This document shows, piece after piece, positions 36,392 through 45,931 of a stretch of 64,000 nucleotides of DNA. The stretch lies in the NCBI GenBank assembly GCA_018815925.1, contig JAHIWS010000021.1:25641-89640 (forward strand), read 5' to 3'. The translations under genes were made by a program, and so were the position numbers. Under the pieces are notes generated by a model, which searched no databases, was not told the origin of the DNA, and saw nothing but the letters and a program-made list of their open reading frames with translations. Each line of letters begins with the position of its first letter. Position 1 is the first letter of the stretch. Origin of the DNA: Nanobdellota archaeon. Its GTDB lineage: Archaea > Nanobdellota > Nanobdellia > Pacearchaeales > GW2011-AR1.

Positions 36392-37198
36392 ATGATTCTA
36401 ATAGAACTAAAAAACTCAAAAGAGTTTTCAGAAAATTTTAAAACAGCTTTTCTTTTAGAATTTACAAGAGAATTAATTAAAAACTCTGCAACAAAAGAAA
36501 TAGTAGAACTAGAAAAAACCCTAAAAGAAGAACAAAAAAAAGAAGCAGTAACAGAAAAAAAAACTCAGAAGAAAGAAATAATAAAAAATAAACCAAAAAA
36601 AATAGAAAAAAAACTACCTCCATTAACAAAAAAGAAAATAAATATTTCTAAAAAAATAACCCTTCCGGCCCCAATTATTCCAACAATCCATAAACCACAA
36701 GCACCCCCTATAAAAATTCCAAAATTCAAACCTCTTCCAACAACCCCTAAAATAAGGCCTCCACAACCAAGATTAAAAATTCCAGAAACAAGATTTCCAC
36801 CAAGACTTCAGTACCTCCAACCAATACCAACAAATTTTGAATTAAATCTAGGAAAAATAAATCCTCTAATAAAAGATCCTCTAGTGGAAACAATAGAATG
36901 CAGTGGACAAGGACAAAATTTAGTAGTAACAGGAAAAATGGGAACTAAAAAAACAAAAATAATTTTGACTAAAGAAGAAATTCAGAATATTATCCAAAGA
37001 TTCTCCACAGCTACAAAAATTCCTGTTTCTGAAGGAATTTACAAAGTAGTTAGAGGAAAACTTATTTTATCTTCAATTGTCTCAGAAATTGTGGGTAGTA
37101 AATTCATCATAAAAAAAATAAGATTTTCACAGCCCCAAAGAGGAGTACTTCCTTCACCAAGATTTCCAATGCCTTATCCGGCTCCAAGAAGATTTTAA
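36392..37198 (+). CDS. stand-alone homologue of the pilus-ATPase N-terminal domain (no ATPase core)
   Basis: Start preferred at internal ATG 36392, right after the stop of the previous gene. LGKINPLIKDPLVETIECSG...LTKEEIQNIIQRFS...GSKFIIKKI aligns with LGKIEFLINDPQLEEIVITS...SEDEIVNYSNIIAR...GNTITIRKF of the ATPase at 11798..13918. Confidence 0.55.
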   Translation: MILIELKNSKEFSENFKTAFLLEFTRELIKNSATKEIVELEKTLKEEQKKEAVTEKKTQKKEIIKNKPKKIEKKLPPLTKKKINISKKITLPAPIIPTIHKPQAPPIKIPKFKPLPTTPKIRPPQPRLKIPETRFPPRLQYLQPIPTNFELNLGKINPLIKDPLVETIECSGQGQNLVVTGKMGTKKTKIILTKEEIQNIIQRFSTATKIPVSEGIYKVVRGKLILSSIVSEIVGSKFIIKKIRFSQPQRGVLPSPRFPMPYPAPRRF

Positions 37199-37203
37199 AT
37201 AAA

Positions 37204-37482
37204 ATGCCCTCAAAAATTCCTAAACAAAAACTTACTAAGTATTTCAACTTAACTAGCAAAGCCCTTGAAATTGCAAAAAAATCAATTTCAAAGAAAAAAA
37301 CAAAACAAGCTAAAGAAATAATAGAAATGGTCTCAAACTATCTATCTGATTCAAAACATTTTGAAAAAAAACATGATATTGTAAATGCATTTGCTGCAAT
37401 AAATTATGCTCATGGATGGCTTGATTGCGGAGCACGATTAAAAATTTTCAATGTAAAAGATAATAAACTATTTACTATTTAG
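37204..37482 (+). CDS. small archaeal protein, DUF357-like
   Basis: AAINYAHGWLDCGARLKIFNV resembles the conserved YAHGWLD.G.RLG motif of that family, recalled from memory. Confidence 0.4.
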   Translation: MPSKIPKQKLTKYFNLTSKALEIAKKSISKKKTKQAKEIIEMVSNYLSDSKHFEKKHDIVNAFAAINYAHGWLDCGARLKIFNVKDNKLFTI

Positions 37483-37912
37483 TTTTATCTCTAGGATAGG
37501 ATAAAATCTGCCTAAGAACATAATTAATTACACTATGTTTTGCTTTTTTAAAATTATTACTATCAAATTCTGCAGTAAAAATATACTTACCTTCTAACTT
37601 CTCAAATTTCTTATATTTAAGAAAACTTGCATATTTTTTAATATTCTGCCTTAAAGGATCTTTTAATTGATCTTTTTTTAAAGATTGTCTGGTTTCAATC
37701 CAAGAAATACATTTTTCAAGAGAATCAATACTATTAGAAGGAAATATTAAAACTTCTAAATTCTTTTTATCAATATTAAAGGTAAATTTAAAATCAGCTA
37801 AATAAATAGAATTGGGATCATCAAGGTATTTACCTACATATTCTTCTCCTAATCTACAATCTGTTCTAAAATAAGAAACTATTTTTCCAGCAAGAAGTTC
37901 TCCTGAATCCAT
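37475..37912 (-). CDS. hypothetical protein
   Basis: 145-aa ORF. No motif recognised. Confidence 0.4.
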   Translation of the reverse strand: MDSGELLAGKIVSYFRTDCRLGEEYVGKYLDDPNSIYLADFKFTFNIDKKNLEVLIFPSNSIDSLEKCISWIETRQSLKKDQLKDPLRQNIKKYASFLKYKKFEKLEGKYIFTAEFDSNNFKKAKHSVINYVLRQILSYPRDKTK

Positions 37913-38001
37913 ATAAAATCATTAAATCCTCTATTAAAAACCTTTATGGTTCTCAAGTATACATTAAAAAACTATAAAAACACCGCCAACCTTTTCCTAT
38001 T

Positions 38002-38685
38002 ATGAAAAAACAGGTGATAGTTTTAAGCCTAGGGGGAAGTTTAATAATTCCAAATAAAATAGACCTCAAATTCCTTAATAACTTCAAAAAAACAATAAAA
38101 TCTAATTTAAAAAATTATAAATTCATAATTGTATGTGGTGGAGGTTCAATAGCAAGAACCTACATTTCTGCTTTAAAAAATAAACAAAACAAAATTCAAA
38201 GCACAGCTGGAATAGCATCAACAAGAACAAATGCTAAATTTATGTCCTTATTTTTTGATCAAGATCCCTTACATAAAATACCCCAAAAATTAAAAAAAAT
38301 TAAAAAACAAATCAAAAAACAAGAGATTATTTTTTGTGGGGCTTTAGATTTTAAACCAAAACAAACAACAGATTCAAATGCAGCAGAAATTGCTAGTTAT
38401 TTTAAAACAGATTTTATCAACTTAACAAATGTTCTTGGGTTGTATGATAAAAATCCAAAAAAATTCAAAAATGCTAAATTTATTGAAAAAATTACTTGGA
38501 AAAGTTTCTATAAAACAGCAAACAAACTTGGATTTAAACCAGGACAACATTTTGTTTTAGATCAAACATCAGCCAAAATAATTTTAAAAAACAAAATCAA
38601 AACCTATATTCTGGGACAAAATATGAATAACCTCGATAACCTTTTAAAAAACAAAAGTTTTAAAGGAACAATTATTGAAGGGTAA
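38002..38685 (+). CDS. pyrH: uridylate (UMP) kinase, archaeal type
   Basis: Amino-acid-kinase fold signatures VIVLSLGGSLI and FIIVCGGGSIARTY, with the length expected of archaeal PyrH. Confidence 0.8.
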   Translation: MKKQVIVLSLGGSLIIPNKIDLKFLNNFKKTIKSNLKNYKFIIVCGGGSIARTYISALKNKQNKIQSTAGIASTRTNAKFMSLFFDQDPLHKIPQKLKKIKKQIKKQEIIFCGALDFKPKQTTDSNAAEIASYFKTDFINLTNVLGLYDKNPKKFKNAKFIEKITWKSFYKTANKLGFKPGQHFVLDQTSAKIILKNKIKTYILGQNMNNLDNLLKNKSFKGTIIEG

Positions 38686-39189
38686 TCATCTGGTTTTTTG
38701 TTTTTTCTTCCAAAGATAAACTCCAACCAGCCCAATAACTAAAGAAACAATTCCAAGATAATTAGAACCACTATTAGATAAGTTGCCTATAATATTTCCA
38801 GTAAAATTGGAAGATAAAAAAAATATAGATACTAAAAAACCAAAAAAGACCATAATAAGAGAAAGTTTAGATGTTAGCCCTCCTTTTGAGCCTCTTTCTA
38901 TCGCATCTTTCGCCTCTTTTCTAAGTTTTTCTGTATATTTTTTTGAAGATAATTCTCCAACTTCAATAGACCTACCAATAAGTGTGGCTAATCCTTGATG
39001 GTAAGTTTTAAAATTAGTTAATAAAACATCTTCGAAAATTTGGTGTTTTGCAATTTCCATAGGGTCATCGGATTCCCACCAGTGATTATCTCCATATTTT
39101 TGCATGACTTTCATAACTTCTCTTGCTTCTTTAGGAGACATCCCTTTATAATGTTCTTTCATATAGTTTTCATCTACAATCATAGCCAT
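38686..39189 (-). CDS. hypothetical protein with C-terminal TM helices
   Basis: Soluble N-terminal domain plus two TM helices. No family motif. Confidence 0.45.
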   Translation of the reverse strand: MAMIVDENYMKEHYKGMSPKEAREVMKVMQKYGDNHWWESDDPMEIAKHQIFEDVLLTNFKTYHQGLATLIGRSIEVGELSSKKYTEKLRKEAKDAIERGSKGGLTSKLSLIMVFFGFLVSIFFLSSNFTGNIIGNLSNSGSNYLGIVSLVIGLVGVYLWKKKQKTR

Positions 39190-39355
39190 ATAAATATTTT
39201 TTACTTTATAATCTTTTCTTTTTCAAACCCTACTAAGCAACCAAGGAATTATTCATTCATTATCTTTTCTTTATTAATCTATATCTGGTTATTAGAGGTA
39301 GATTATTTACTTTTCAAACAACTAGTTTTAAAAATCCTCCCACCTTAATTCTGCC

Positions 39356-39817
39356 ATGAAGACCACCATCTTAATACAAGAAAAAACATTTGAAGCTACA
39401 AGAAAATCTATGAAAGATAATCAAAACAAAACCATAATCTTTTCAAGTGATGATGACGAACTGAATAGGAAAGTTCTAGAAAAAGAAATTATTCAAATTC
39501 TTTTACTTAACCAAACTAATAGAAAAGACTATTCAAAACAAAGAAATTCAGGATTTAATCAAGTCATGGCAAAAATAGTTAAAAAAAATAAAATTAACCT
39601 TGGAATTAATCTTGATGAGATAATATCTTCTAAACCAAAACAAAAAGCAGAAATTCTTGCAAGAATTAAACAAAATATTAAATTATGCAATAAAAATAAT
39701 CTTCCAATCGTATTTGTAGGAAAAATCCAAAAAGAAATTTATGATTTAAAAGCATTAGGATTAGTATTAGGAATATCCACTAAAATAAGCTCAACTATGA
39801 AATACTTAAATCTGTAG
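39356..39817 (+). CDS. RNase P protein component 3 (Rpp30)-like, short
   Basis: NSGFNQVMAKIVKKNKINLGINLDEII...KAEILARIKQNIKLCNKNNLPIVF resembles the C-terminal half of the Rpp30 barrel. Weak, from memory. Confidence 0.4.
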   Translation: MKTTILIQEKTFEATRKSMKDNQNKTIIFSSDDDELNRKVLEKEIIQILLLNQTNRKDYSKQRNSGFNQVMAKIVKKNKINLGINLDEIISSKPKQKAEILARIKQNIKLCNKNNLPIVFVGKIQKEIYDLKALGLVLGISTKISSTMKYLNL

Positions 39818-40271
39818 TATAAGAATCAATAAAATCTCCAGTAACTGTTTCTCCATCACCAACATCAATAACTGCAGCTATTTTAACTTCTTTAATTGTC
39901 ACAGGAAAAGTAAACTTATCACTTAAATCTGAATTAGTAATCCTAAAAGTCTTCTCTTCTAATTCTTCTAAACCAGTAGCTGTCTTCTCAAAAATATAGG
40001 TATCTGTTCCATCAGAAAGTCCAAAATTTACAGCAGCTAAAGCTCCTTCGCCTGGATCTCTTTTAACTTTAATATTAAGCACGGTTGGAGTAAGAGTACC
40101 ATTATTAACATCAATTATATCTAAACTAACTAAAATCTTGTCAGGGGTTATTTGACTAGTGGTATCTTCAATAATATTTTTAATAACAACCCAAACAACA
40201 CCAACTGCAACTAAAACCAATAAAATCATTATCACAGTAGTTACAACAGTTGATAACCCCTTTTTTAACAT
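39795..40271 (-). CDS. archaeal type IV pilin (Pilin_N/DUF1628-type N-terminus), orphan
   Basis: MLKKG/LSTVVTTVIMILLVLVAVGVVWVVI. Confidence 0.65.
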   Translation of the reverse strand: MLKKGLSTVVTTVIMILLVLVAVGVVWVVIKNIIEDTTSQITPDKILVSLDIIDVNNGTLTPTVLNIKVKRDPGEGALAAVNFGLSDGTDTYIFEKTATGLEELEEKTFRITNSDLSDKFTFPVTIKEVKIAAVIDVGDGETVTGDFIDSYTTDLSIS

Positions 40272-40377
40272 AATTAACTAAAAAGAATATTCTTTATAAA
40301 GTTTTTGTTGTTTATTAAAACAAAGCTTTTTAATATTAAAACAAAGCTTTTTTAACTATTGACATTCTTTTATTAAA

Positions 40378-41889
40378 ATGGATACTAAAAAAATCTCTGA
40401 ATCACTAAGTCCAAATGAAGTAAAAATTCTTCCTTATCTTGAAGAAAATTTAAATGAAATTTGCAAAAAGTCTAATCTTGATAAAACATCTGTACTAAGA
40501 TCATTAGAATATTTACAAAATAAAGACCTTATTAAACTTGATTTTGAAAAAAAGAAAATAATTGAAATAGGTGTTAATGGAGCATTATACAAAAAAAAAG
40601 GACTACCAGAAAGAAGACTCCTAAACCTATTAAATGAAAAAAGAATACTTTCACTTGAAGAAGCTCAAAAATTAGGTTCTTTATCTAATGATGAATTTAA
40701 AGCCTCTATAGGAGTTCTAAAAAGAAAAGCATTAATTGAATTAAAAAACAAAAAAATAATATTTAATGCAGACAAATCAGAGATTTCTAAAAAAACTCCA
40801 GAAGAATTTCTAATTGAAAAGCTTCCAATAGAAAAAGACAATCTATCTCCAGAACAAACCTATGCATTAAAAAATTTAGAAAATAGAAAAGACATAATTC
40901 AAATAAAAGAAAAAAAAATAATCCACATTCAAATTACTCCTTTAGGGCAAAAAATAATGAGTTCAAAAATAAAAACTCAAGATCTAATTGAACAAATAAC
41001 TCCTGAAATCCTAAAAAAAGAATCATCTTGGAAAGGAAAAAAATTTAGAAGATATGATGTTACATCTCATGTTCCAGCAATAAATGGCGGAAAAAAACAT
41101 TTTGTAAATCAATCAATTGACTATGCAAAAAAAATATGGGTAGAAATGGGTTTTAAAGAAATGAGCGGTTCTATGATCCAAAGCTCTTTTTGGAACTTTG
41201 ATGCTTTATTTACGGCACAAGATCATCCAGTAAGAGAAATGCAAGATACTTTCTTTCTTAATAAAAAAACAGAACTTCCAAATAAAGAACTTGTAAAAAA
41301 TATAAAAAAAGCACATGAATCAGGTATTAAAGAAAGTATAGGTTGGAGATATAAGTGGGATGAAAATGAAGCTAAAAAAATTGTATTACGTACACATACA
41401 ACTTGTCTTTCTGCACAAACACTTTCCAAACTAAAACTCAAAGATCTTCCAGTAAAATATTTTTCCCTAGGAAAATGTTTTAGGAACGAAACAATAGATT
41501 GGAGTCATGGATTCGAATTTAATCAAACAGAAGGAATTGTTGTAGCTGAAGAAGCAAATTTTGTACATTTACTAGGATATTTAAAAGAATTTTATAAAAA
41601 AATGGGTTTTGAAAAAATTAGATTTACACCTGCATATTTTCCTTATACTGAACCATCTGTAGAAATAAATGTCTGGCATCCAGAAAAAAAAGTCTGGTTA
41701 GAACTTGGAGGAGCAGGAATATTTAGGCCAGAAGTAACAACACCTCTTTTAGGAAAACCAATCCCAGTATTAGCATGGGGACAAGGATTTGATAGAATAA
41801 TAACAGATTATTATAAAATAAAAGATCTTAGAGAACTTTACAAAAACAATCTAACTAAATTAAGAAAAATGAAATTTTGGATGAAATAA
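40378..41889 (+). CDS. pheS: phenylalanyl-tRNA synthetase alpha subunit (archaeal type)
   Basis: N-terminal winged-helix repeats. Class II core FRNETIDWSHGFEFNQTEG, with GAGIFRPEV and AWGQGFDRI as motif 3. Confidence 0.9.
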   Translation: MDTKKISESLSPNEVKILPYLEENLNEICKKSNLDKTSVLRSLEYLQNKDLIKLDFEKKKIIEIGVNGALYKKKGLPERRLLNLLNEKRILSLEEAQKLGSLSNDEFKASIGVLKRKALIELKNKKIIFNADKSEISKKTPEEFLIEKLPIEKDNLSPEQTYALKNLENRKDIIQIKEKKIIHIQITPLGQKIMSSKIKTQDLIEQITPEILKKESSWKGKKFRRYDVTSHVPAINGGKKHFVNQSIDYAKKIWVEMGFKEMSGSMIQSSFWNFDALFTAQDHPVREMQDTFFLNKKTELPNKELVKNIKKAHESGIKESIGWRYKWDENEAKKIVLRTHTTCLSAQTLSKLKLKDLPVKYFSLGKCFRNETIDWSHGFEFNQTEGIVVAEEANFVHLLGYLKEFYKKMGFEKIRFTPAYFPYTEPSVEINVWHPEKKVWLELGGAGIFRPEVTTPLLGKPIPVLAWGQGFDRIITDYYKIKDLRELYKNNLTKLRKMKFWMK

Positions 41890-42269
41890 AAATGGATATA
41901 AAAGAACTTCAAAATAAATTAAAAGAATTTGATAAAGCCAGAGGATGGGAAAATGACTGGAACATAAAAGACCTCTTACTAAACATAACCGAAGAAGGTG
42001 GAGAATTATGGGACTTAATAAAATGGATAGATACTGAAAAACAAAAAGAAGTAATTAAAGAAAAAAAAGAAGAAGCTTCAGATTACATTGGGGATTCTCT
42101 ATTTATATTATTAAAAATGGCTAATCAAATGGATATTGATGCCCAAAAAGCTTTGAATGAAACATTAAATGAATATGAAAAAAGAATGCCCCCCGAAATT
42201 ATGAAAAAAGTAAAACATGCAAATAAACACGCAGGAGGAATTGATAATAAACAAAAATGGCAAATATAA
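41877..42269 (+). CDS. MazG-like nucleotide pyrophosphohydrolase
   Basis: FDKARGWEN...ITEEGGELWDLIKW...DYIGDSLFILLKMANQMDID has the EExxE/D-type MazG helices. Nested between pheS and pheT with overlaps on both sides. Confidence 0.7.
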   Translation: MDEIKMDIKELQNKLKEFDKARGWENDWNIKDLLLNITEEGGELWDLIKWIDTEKQKEVIKEKKEEASDYIGDSLFILLKMANQMDIDAQKALNETLNEYEKRMPPEIMKKVKHANKHAGGIDNKQKWQI

Positions 42270-43894
42270 AATTTCCAAGAAAAATATTCGAAAAAGAAAT
42301 AGGAAAACTAGATTCAAAAATGCAAGAAAAAATTGCTATGTTTGGAACTCCACTTGAATCTTTTAATGATGAAGAAATTGAGATTGAAATTTTTCCAAAT
42401 AGACCAGACTTCCTATCTTACCAAGGATTTAAAAGAAGTTTTCTAGCATTTTTAGGCAAAAAAACAGGTTTAAAAGAATACAAAATAAATAAACCTGAAA
42501 AAGATTATAAAGTCAATATAGAATCATCTGTAAAAAATATAAGACCTTACACAGCCTGTGCAATTATTAAAAATCTAAATCTAGATGATGAAAAAATAAA
42601 AGAACTAATAGAAATACAAGAAAAATTGCACTTAACCATAGGAAGAAAAAGAAAAAAACTTGCGATAGGAATTTACCCTCTTGAAAAAATAAAACTTCCA
42701 ATAACTTACAAAGCTTTAGAACCAGATAAAATAAAATTTATTCCTCTAGAAACAAATAAAGAAATGTCAGGACTAGAAATATTGCAAAAACACCCAGCAG
42801 GAAAAGAATATTCTAATCTTTTAGCAGGAAAAACACAATTCCCTATTTTTATTGATGCTAATAAAAACATATTAAGTATGCCTCCAATAATAAATTCTCA
42901 ATTAACAGGAAAAATAACTTCTAAAACAAAAGAGGTATTTGTTGAATGTTCTGGATTTAATTTTGAAATACTAAATAAATGCCTTAATATAATTATTACT
43001 TGTTTAGCAGATATGGGTGGAAAAATATATAATATGGAAATAAAATCTTCTAAAAAAATTTTAACCCCTAATTTAACCCCTTCAAAAATGAGATTAGATT
43101 TAGAAAATACAAACAAACTTCTTGGACTTAATCTTAATGAAAAAGAAATTAAAAAACTAATTGAAAAAATGGGTCATAATTATAATAAAGGAATTGTGGA
43201 AATTCCTGCATGGAGAACAGATATCCTACATGAAGTTGATTTAATTGAAGACATTGCAATTACTTATGGGTATGAAAATTTTACTATAGAAGTTCCAAAA
43301 ATAGCAGGTATGGGTGAAGAAAAACCAATAGAAATTTTCAAAAGAAAAGTATCTGAAATATTAACTGGTTTAGAATTTTTAGAGGTTTCAAACTACCATC
43401 TAACTAACAAAACAAATCAATTCATAAAAATGGGCATTAACGAAAAACAAGAAAAAGAATTTGTAGAATTAAAGGAATCAAAAACAGACTATAACATTCT
43501 AAGAAAAGATTTAACTCATTATATATTAAAAAATTTCTCAGAAAATGTAGATTCAGAATATCCTCAAAAAATATTTGAAATAGGAAAAATCTTTGAAGAA
43601 AAAGATTCTATAATTGAAAAAGAAAGAATTGCAATAGCAATAACTTCTGGAAATTTTACAGAAATAAAACAAATTCTAGAATATTTATTTAGAATGCTTG
43701 ATAAAAAAATAGAATTAAAAGAAGCCAAAGAACTCCCCCCACATTTTATCGAAGGAAGAACAGCAAGCATTACTCTTAACAATAAAAAAATAGGATTTGT
43801 AGGAGAAATATCTCCTAAAATTTTAAAAAACTGGAAATTAAAAATGCCTGTAGCTCTCTTAGAACTAAACCTTGAAGAAGTTTTTTATGAGTGA
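42257..43894 (+). CDS. pheT: phenylalanyl-tRNA synthetase beta subunit (archaeal type)
   Basis: B3/4 domain region (NRPDFLSYQGF) and B5 region (IPAWRTDILHEVDLIEDIAITYGY). Length and order as in archaeal PheT. Confidence 0.88.
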   Translation: MANIKFPRKIFEKEIGKLDSKMQEKIAMFGTPLESFNDEEIEIEIFPNRPDFLSYQGFKRSFLAFLGKKTGLKEYKINKPEKDYKVNIESSVKNIRPYTACAIIKNLNLDDEKIKELIEIQEKLHLTIGRKRKKLAIGIYPLEKIKLPITYKALEPDKIKFIPLETNKEMSGLEILQKHPAGKEYSNLLAGKTQFPIFIDANKNILSMPPIINSQLTGKITSKTKEVFVECSGFNFEILNKCLNIIITCLADMGGKIYNMEIKSSKKILTPNLTPSKMRLDLENTNKLLGLNLNEKEIKKLIEKMGHNYNKGIVEIPAWRTDILHEVDLIEDIAITYGYENFTIEVPKIAGMGEEKPIEIFKRKVSEILTGLEFLEVSNYHLTNKTNQFIKMGINEKQEKEFVELKESKTDYNILRKDLTHYILKNFSENVDSEYPQKIFEIGKIFEEKDSIIEKERIAIAITSGNFTEIKQILEYLFRMLDKKIELKEAKELPPHFIEGRTASITLNNKKIGFVGEISPKILKNWKLKMPVALLELNLEEVFYE

Positions 43895-43901
43895 AAGTAA
43901 A

Positions 43902-44390
43902 TTATCCAAAATAGCCCCTATTATTTACCTCAAATTTATTATCTAAATTAAGTTGTATTGCTCCAAAAACATCTAATAAATCTTTTTTTATTTCTTGCCA
44001 TATATTATAAGAATCCCTTATAAAAATAACTTCTTTTTCTTCAACAAAACTAAGGTCCAGCTCAATAAGCCTAATTTCTATTTTAGCTAGTTTTGTATAG
44101 ATCTCTGTCAAAATATCTTTTTCTTTTATTCCTATTGACTTAATAATTGAGAAGACAAACATAGGAGTATTTATTGGATGTAAAATAGTCTCAACAAACC
44201 GAAGATAATTAGATAATTTCTCAGAAACAATTTTTCTTATTTCCCTTATTACAAAATCTGTTTCAACATCTGAAGCTCTCTCGATTCCAAATTCCTTATT
44301 AAAATTATCAAAATCAGGAAGACCATATTTCTTCTGAAGATCTAAATAAGATTCCTTTAATTTCTCTAAATTAGATTCTGCTTTAGTCAT
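43902..44390 (-). CDS. hypothetical protein
   Basis: 162-aa ORF, predicted helical. No motif recognised. Confidence 0.45.
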   Translation of the reverse strand: MTKAESNLEKLKESYLDLQKKYGLPDFDNFNKEFGIERASDVETDFVIREIRKIVSEKLSNYLRFVETILHPINTPMFVFSIIKSIGIKEKDILTEIYTKLAKIEIRLIELDLSFVEEKEVIFIRDSYNIWQEIKKDLLDVFGAIQLNLDNKFEVNNRGYFG

Positions 44391-44426
44391 ATAAATCTGT
44401 AGAAAAAGGATTTATAAAGTTATTGA

Positions 44427-44448
44427 AAAAAGCCTCAGCTGGGATTCG
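44427..44448 (-). repeat. 22-nt duplicate of the tRNA-Thr 3' end plus trailer
   Basis: AAAAAGCCTCAGCTGGGATTCG (plus strand) is identical to 44524..44545. The copy lacks the rest of the T arm and any 5' acceptor strand. Confidence 0.7.
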
Positions 44449-44527
44449 GGCCTCACAATTATCTTATGCTCGACCTGTATTCCAAAACCAAAAATTTTGA
44501 AACACAAACCAAGGTTCGAATTCAAAA

Positions 44528-44603
44528 AGCCTCAGCTGGGATTCGAACCCAGGACCTCGACATTACCAATGTCGCGCTCTAACCAGGACTGAGCTACTAA
44601 GGC
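44528..44603 (-). tRNA. tRNA-Thr: tRNA-Thr (anticodon GGU)
   Basis: Hand-folded cloverleaf: GCCTTAG/CTGAGGC acceptor, GCTC/GAGC D stem, CGACA-TTGGTAA-TGTCG anticodon arm, CTGGG-TTCGAAT-CCCAG T arm. 76 nt. Confidence 0.9.
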
Positions 44604-44636
44604 ATAACATTTAATTCAGAATAAGACTATAAAAAC

Positions 44637-44954
44637 TTATTTCCTAAACCATTTCATAAAAAGAAAAGCTAATAAAACAATTAAAAAAGCTACAGAAATA
44701 AAACCTAAAATAGTTGAAAGAATAAAAAATAAATTCACATAAATTTCTGCTGTAGAAACATTATATAAAACAAAAGATAAAATAAATAACACTACAAACA
44801 AAATTAAATTTCTAGTTACTAATTTTAACCTACTTTTAAAAGATCCAATCTTCTTAACAGATCTTCTTACTTTTTTAGCTCTTACAGGGGTTCTCTTTTT
44901 AACAATTTTTTTCTTAGAAATCCTCTTTTTAGGTTTGATCTTTTTCTTAGGCAT
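44637..44954 (-). CDS. small membrane protein with Lys/Arg-rich N-terminal tail
   Basis: About 45 basic N-terminal residues followed by two TM helices. Confidence 0.45.
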   Translation of the reverse strand: MPKKKIKPKKRISKKKIVKKRTPVRAKKVRRSVKKIGSFKSRLKLVTRNLILFVVLFILSFVLYNVSTAEIYVNLFFILSTILGFISVAFLIVLLAFLFMKWFRK

Positions 44955-45181
44955 TTTATAATATATGATAGAGTATATACTTTATAAAAGTTACTGAGGA
45001 CAACATAAAACCATCCAAATTAACTTTAGCACTTCATGAAATTAATAGTTCAAATCCTGCTTTGCTTAGATTTTCATCTTAATTATTTTGTTAACGAATA
45101 ATCTGATAAAATTGATTATGAGTCTTAATTGGAGAACTTGTTGCTACTAAATTTAAATTTAGTTAAAAAAACTCCAAAAGA

Positions 45182-45388
45182 TCAAGGAACCCAATCCAAA
45201 CCAACTATATTTCCTGTTAAAAATTGAAGATTATTATAAAATCCATTTATCCAATCAAAATAAAGTGTAGAAAAAATTTCAATATTTTCTGATTCTAACA
45301 TTCCCAAATTATTATTGCTAATTATCAATAACGCACTAAGAACAAAAAACATAAAAATAAAAATTAAAAATTTCATATTAGGTTTCAC
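45182..45388 (-). CDS. small membrane or secreted protein
   Basis: N-terminal hydrophobic helix. The start overlaps the upstream ORF end by 11 nt. Confidence 0.35.
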   Translation of the reverse strand: MKPNMKFLIFIFMFFVLSALLIISNNNLGMLESENIEIFSTLYFDWINGFYNNLQFLTGNIVGLDWVP

Positions 45389-45674
45389 TAACAGCCCAAT
45401 CCATTTTTATTGCATTTGTTGTAATTGTTTTCAAATTTCCAAAAATAGATCCTAACCAAGAAAAATAAATTTTTCCAGCTACAATCCACCCCTCTATTGA
45501 TTTAAAATCTAAATTCCTATCCTTAATAACAACAGCAAAACTAATATAAGCAAATAAAATCAACGCTATTAAGAACATAGCAAATACCTTGTGTCTTAAT
45601 CTTTTTATTTCTATAAAAACCCAGATAGCAATAATTAATACTGCAACAACAAAAAGTGCAATTCCCACAGCCAT
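45378..45674 (-). CDS. small integral membrane protein
   Basis: Two to three TM helices. Confidence 0.4.
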   Translation of the reverse strand: MAVGIALFVVAVLIIAIWVFIEIKRLRHKVFAMFLIALILFAYISFAVVIKDRNLDFKSIEGWIVAGKIYFSWLGSIFGNLKTITTNAIKMDWAVSET

Positions 45675-45762
45675 AATATATAAGAGAAGCAGAAGTATAA
45701 AAAGATTTCGAGTTACTAATAAATAACAAATTTTTAATACTAAATACTCTATCTAAAATCAG

Positions 45763-45889
45763 AGCCCTGTAGTACAGTGGTCAAGTATAGGAGGTTCTGG
45801 TGAGCAAGTTCGCGAGAGAAATCATATCTCGTAGATGCGAACAAGCTTGGAAATACCTTCTGACCCAGGTTCGAATCCTGGCAGGGCTA
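45763..45889 (+). tRNA. tRNA-Gln: tRNA-Gln (anticodon CUG) with 54-nt intron at 37/38
   Basis: A1-U72 acceptor pair (AGCCCTG/CAGGGCT), GGAGG/CCTTC anticodon stem, loop TTCTGG|intron 45801..45854|A. Exon TTCT pairs with intron GGAA between two 3-nt bulges (BHB). T arm CCAGG-TTCGAAT-CCTGG. Confidence 0.85.
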
Positions 45890-45931
45890 TTCACTCCAAA
45901 AATTTAAATATACATTATACTTAAATAAAAC

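Noticed and set aside
44449-44523. Second, split or intron-in-T-arm tRNA formed with the duplicated tRNA-Thr 3' end.
   Set aside because: No GCCTCAG/GCCTTAG 5' acceptor strand, D arm or anticodon arm can be found in the 75-nt spacer on either strand.
45048-45068. tRNA-like fragment GTTCAAATCCTGCTTTGCTTA in the 44955..45181 spacer.
   Set aside because: It has only a T-loop-like heptamer and half a stem. No complementary T-stem strand, D arm or acceptor partner lies nearby.
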